Shown: positions 62,751-64,000 of the stretch, piece after piece
How positions within the stretch are numbered: position 1 is the stretch's first letter
Layout: each line of letters opens with the position of its first letter
Origin: Camelus ferus
Taxonomy: Eukaryota
NCBI RefSeq assembly: GCF_009834535.1
Contig: NC_045697.1
Location: 8,062,001-8,126,000, forward strand
Direction: 5' to 3'
Length of the DNA stretch: 64,000 bases
Program-made: the position numbers and the translations under genes
Notes under the pieces: model-generated
Databases searched by the model: none
What the model was told of the DNA's origin: nothing
Seen by the model: the letters and a program-made list of their open reading frames with translations, nothing else

Positions 62751-64000
62751 GACAGTGGTACCTCAAAGCAGGGAGTTGCTGTAAAACAAACAAGCAAACA
62801 ACAGAAACAAAACAAAGTAAACTTAATTTCAGCATCATTAACCTTAGTTGATTGGCAGGTAACAGGGTGGTCATTGGACGGCTGGAGATCCAGGCTATAT
62901 GGTAGCCAATCAGTTGGTAAAATTGTAGGAATTATTTGGAAGGCAGATCATGCTCCTCTTGAGCTGGAAAAGAGTCTGTAAACAGATTTTACTAGTGCAT
63001 ATTCGTTGGTATTACGTGCATTTGGCAAGTATTAAATAAAAGGGAAAAAATAGCTCAGGAAAGAAATGGCTGGTTGGCAAGCAGGAAAGAATTAGAATGC
63101 CAAAGTCCAGAAATTCAGGGTTGTCTAGGGGTAGAAAAGCTAAGTATTCCTAGGTCCCAAGGATAAAAGATGTAATTTTAAAAAGCTTTGTGTGAAAGAC
63201 CCAGTATAGCTTCTCCACTGAATGTAAGAACTCAGCCCCGTGGCAAAGACCAGAATAAGGACGTAGACTTCCCAGATATTGTTTCAGGATACCTTAGGAC
63301 AGGAGTTACCCTTCGCTAGAGAAAGAAGGAAGCCTGACAGCTAAGAAGCAATGAAATAAATCAGACTTGAGAATCACGGCTTATGAAAGGACCTTGGGTA
63401 TGGTAATGACCACATGAGACTGACTAATAAGAAATAAATCAGAAGCTTGCAAAATTTGTAAGGAAAATGATTTTCCAAAGAAAATATGAAACTGGAATAA
63501 AAATAGTAATAGGAGGGGGTACAAAGGCTTTCTCAAGACTCAGCCCTACAATTACCAATCTTCCATAAGCAGGAATGAAGCTAAAAATGCAGTACAGGAC
63601 GGAAATACTCCCCTTACCCTTCAGATGTGGCCAAGGGAGGTTATAAACATGAAGGAACCCCCAAAACTGGAACCAGTGACCTTAGAGTATAAAGGGCAGG
63701 AAAGCTTCTACTTAAGAGCAGAACAGAGGCCCCAGGTTAGAACTCCTCCCCTCCCTTAAGGTAGAAAACGGTCAAAATTCCTATTCTGCAAACATTGGAC
63801 ATGAATTACTATGGTCCAGAAGCTCCTTTTCCCTTGCCCAAATGGAAGTTTTATTGCAGTTATCCTGCATCATTCTCTATGAAAGTTGTATTTTCATTCA
63901 TGGGTCTCTGAATCACAAAGAACATTTGATCTGATGGAGAAGACTATATGTTATCCATAGACCTGGGCTTTGGGATGGATGCAGTGTCTAAATGGGGCTC
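62751..64000 (+). mobile_element. MaLR internal region (MLT1-int), running off the window or into the 3' LTR
   Basis: Directly follows the LTR with the MaLR-int leader 'gtggtacctcaaagcagggagttgctgtaaaac'; purine-rich degraded internal sequence. Confidence 0.7.

Noticed and set aside
1..64000. CRISPR array, operon or other prokaryotic-type system
   Set aside because: The sequence is clearly mammalian; no regularly spaced repeat-spacer array or dense ORF cluster is present.

Overview
Mammalian genomic DNA, very probably from a camelid (alpaca, llama or camel). The evidence is two tRNA-Ala-derived SINEs of vic-1 type, young L1 3' ends, and no Alu, B1, Bov-tA, PRE1 or Can-SINE that I could see. 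Much of the window is interspersed repeat: MIR, L2, old and young L1, MaLR/ERVL/ERV1 LTRs, and hAT and Tigger DNA-transposon fossils. Many are nested and several have readable target-site duplications (TSDs). I recognise no intact host protein-coding gene. The only ORFs with identifiable homology are dead L1 ORF1/ORF2 fragments, plus a degraded hAT transposase tail visible at DNA level. The most informative non-repeat signal is a small CpG-rich promoter-like block at about 4.35-4.73 kb. It carries RFX X-box-like half sites, E-box and CRE-type motifs, and sits beside a chain of well-formed minus-strand splice sites that predict a spliced transcript (possible start MVNFQMVAHHLEIFTKEIT) running towards the left edge. 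Other points of note are an unexplained ~130 bp diverged direct repeat (50.2 and 54.4 kb), a canonical CTCF motif (37.0 kb) and repeat-free candidate enhancer blocks. I found no convincing evidence of a novel biological system. Repeat family names come from recalled consensus sequences, and boundaries are approximate unless a TSD is quoted.
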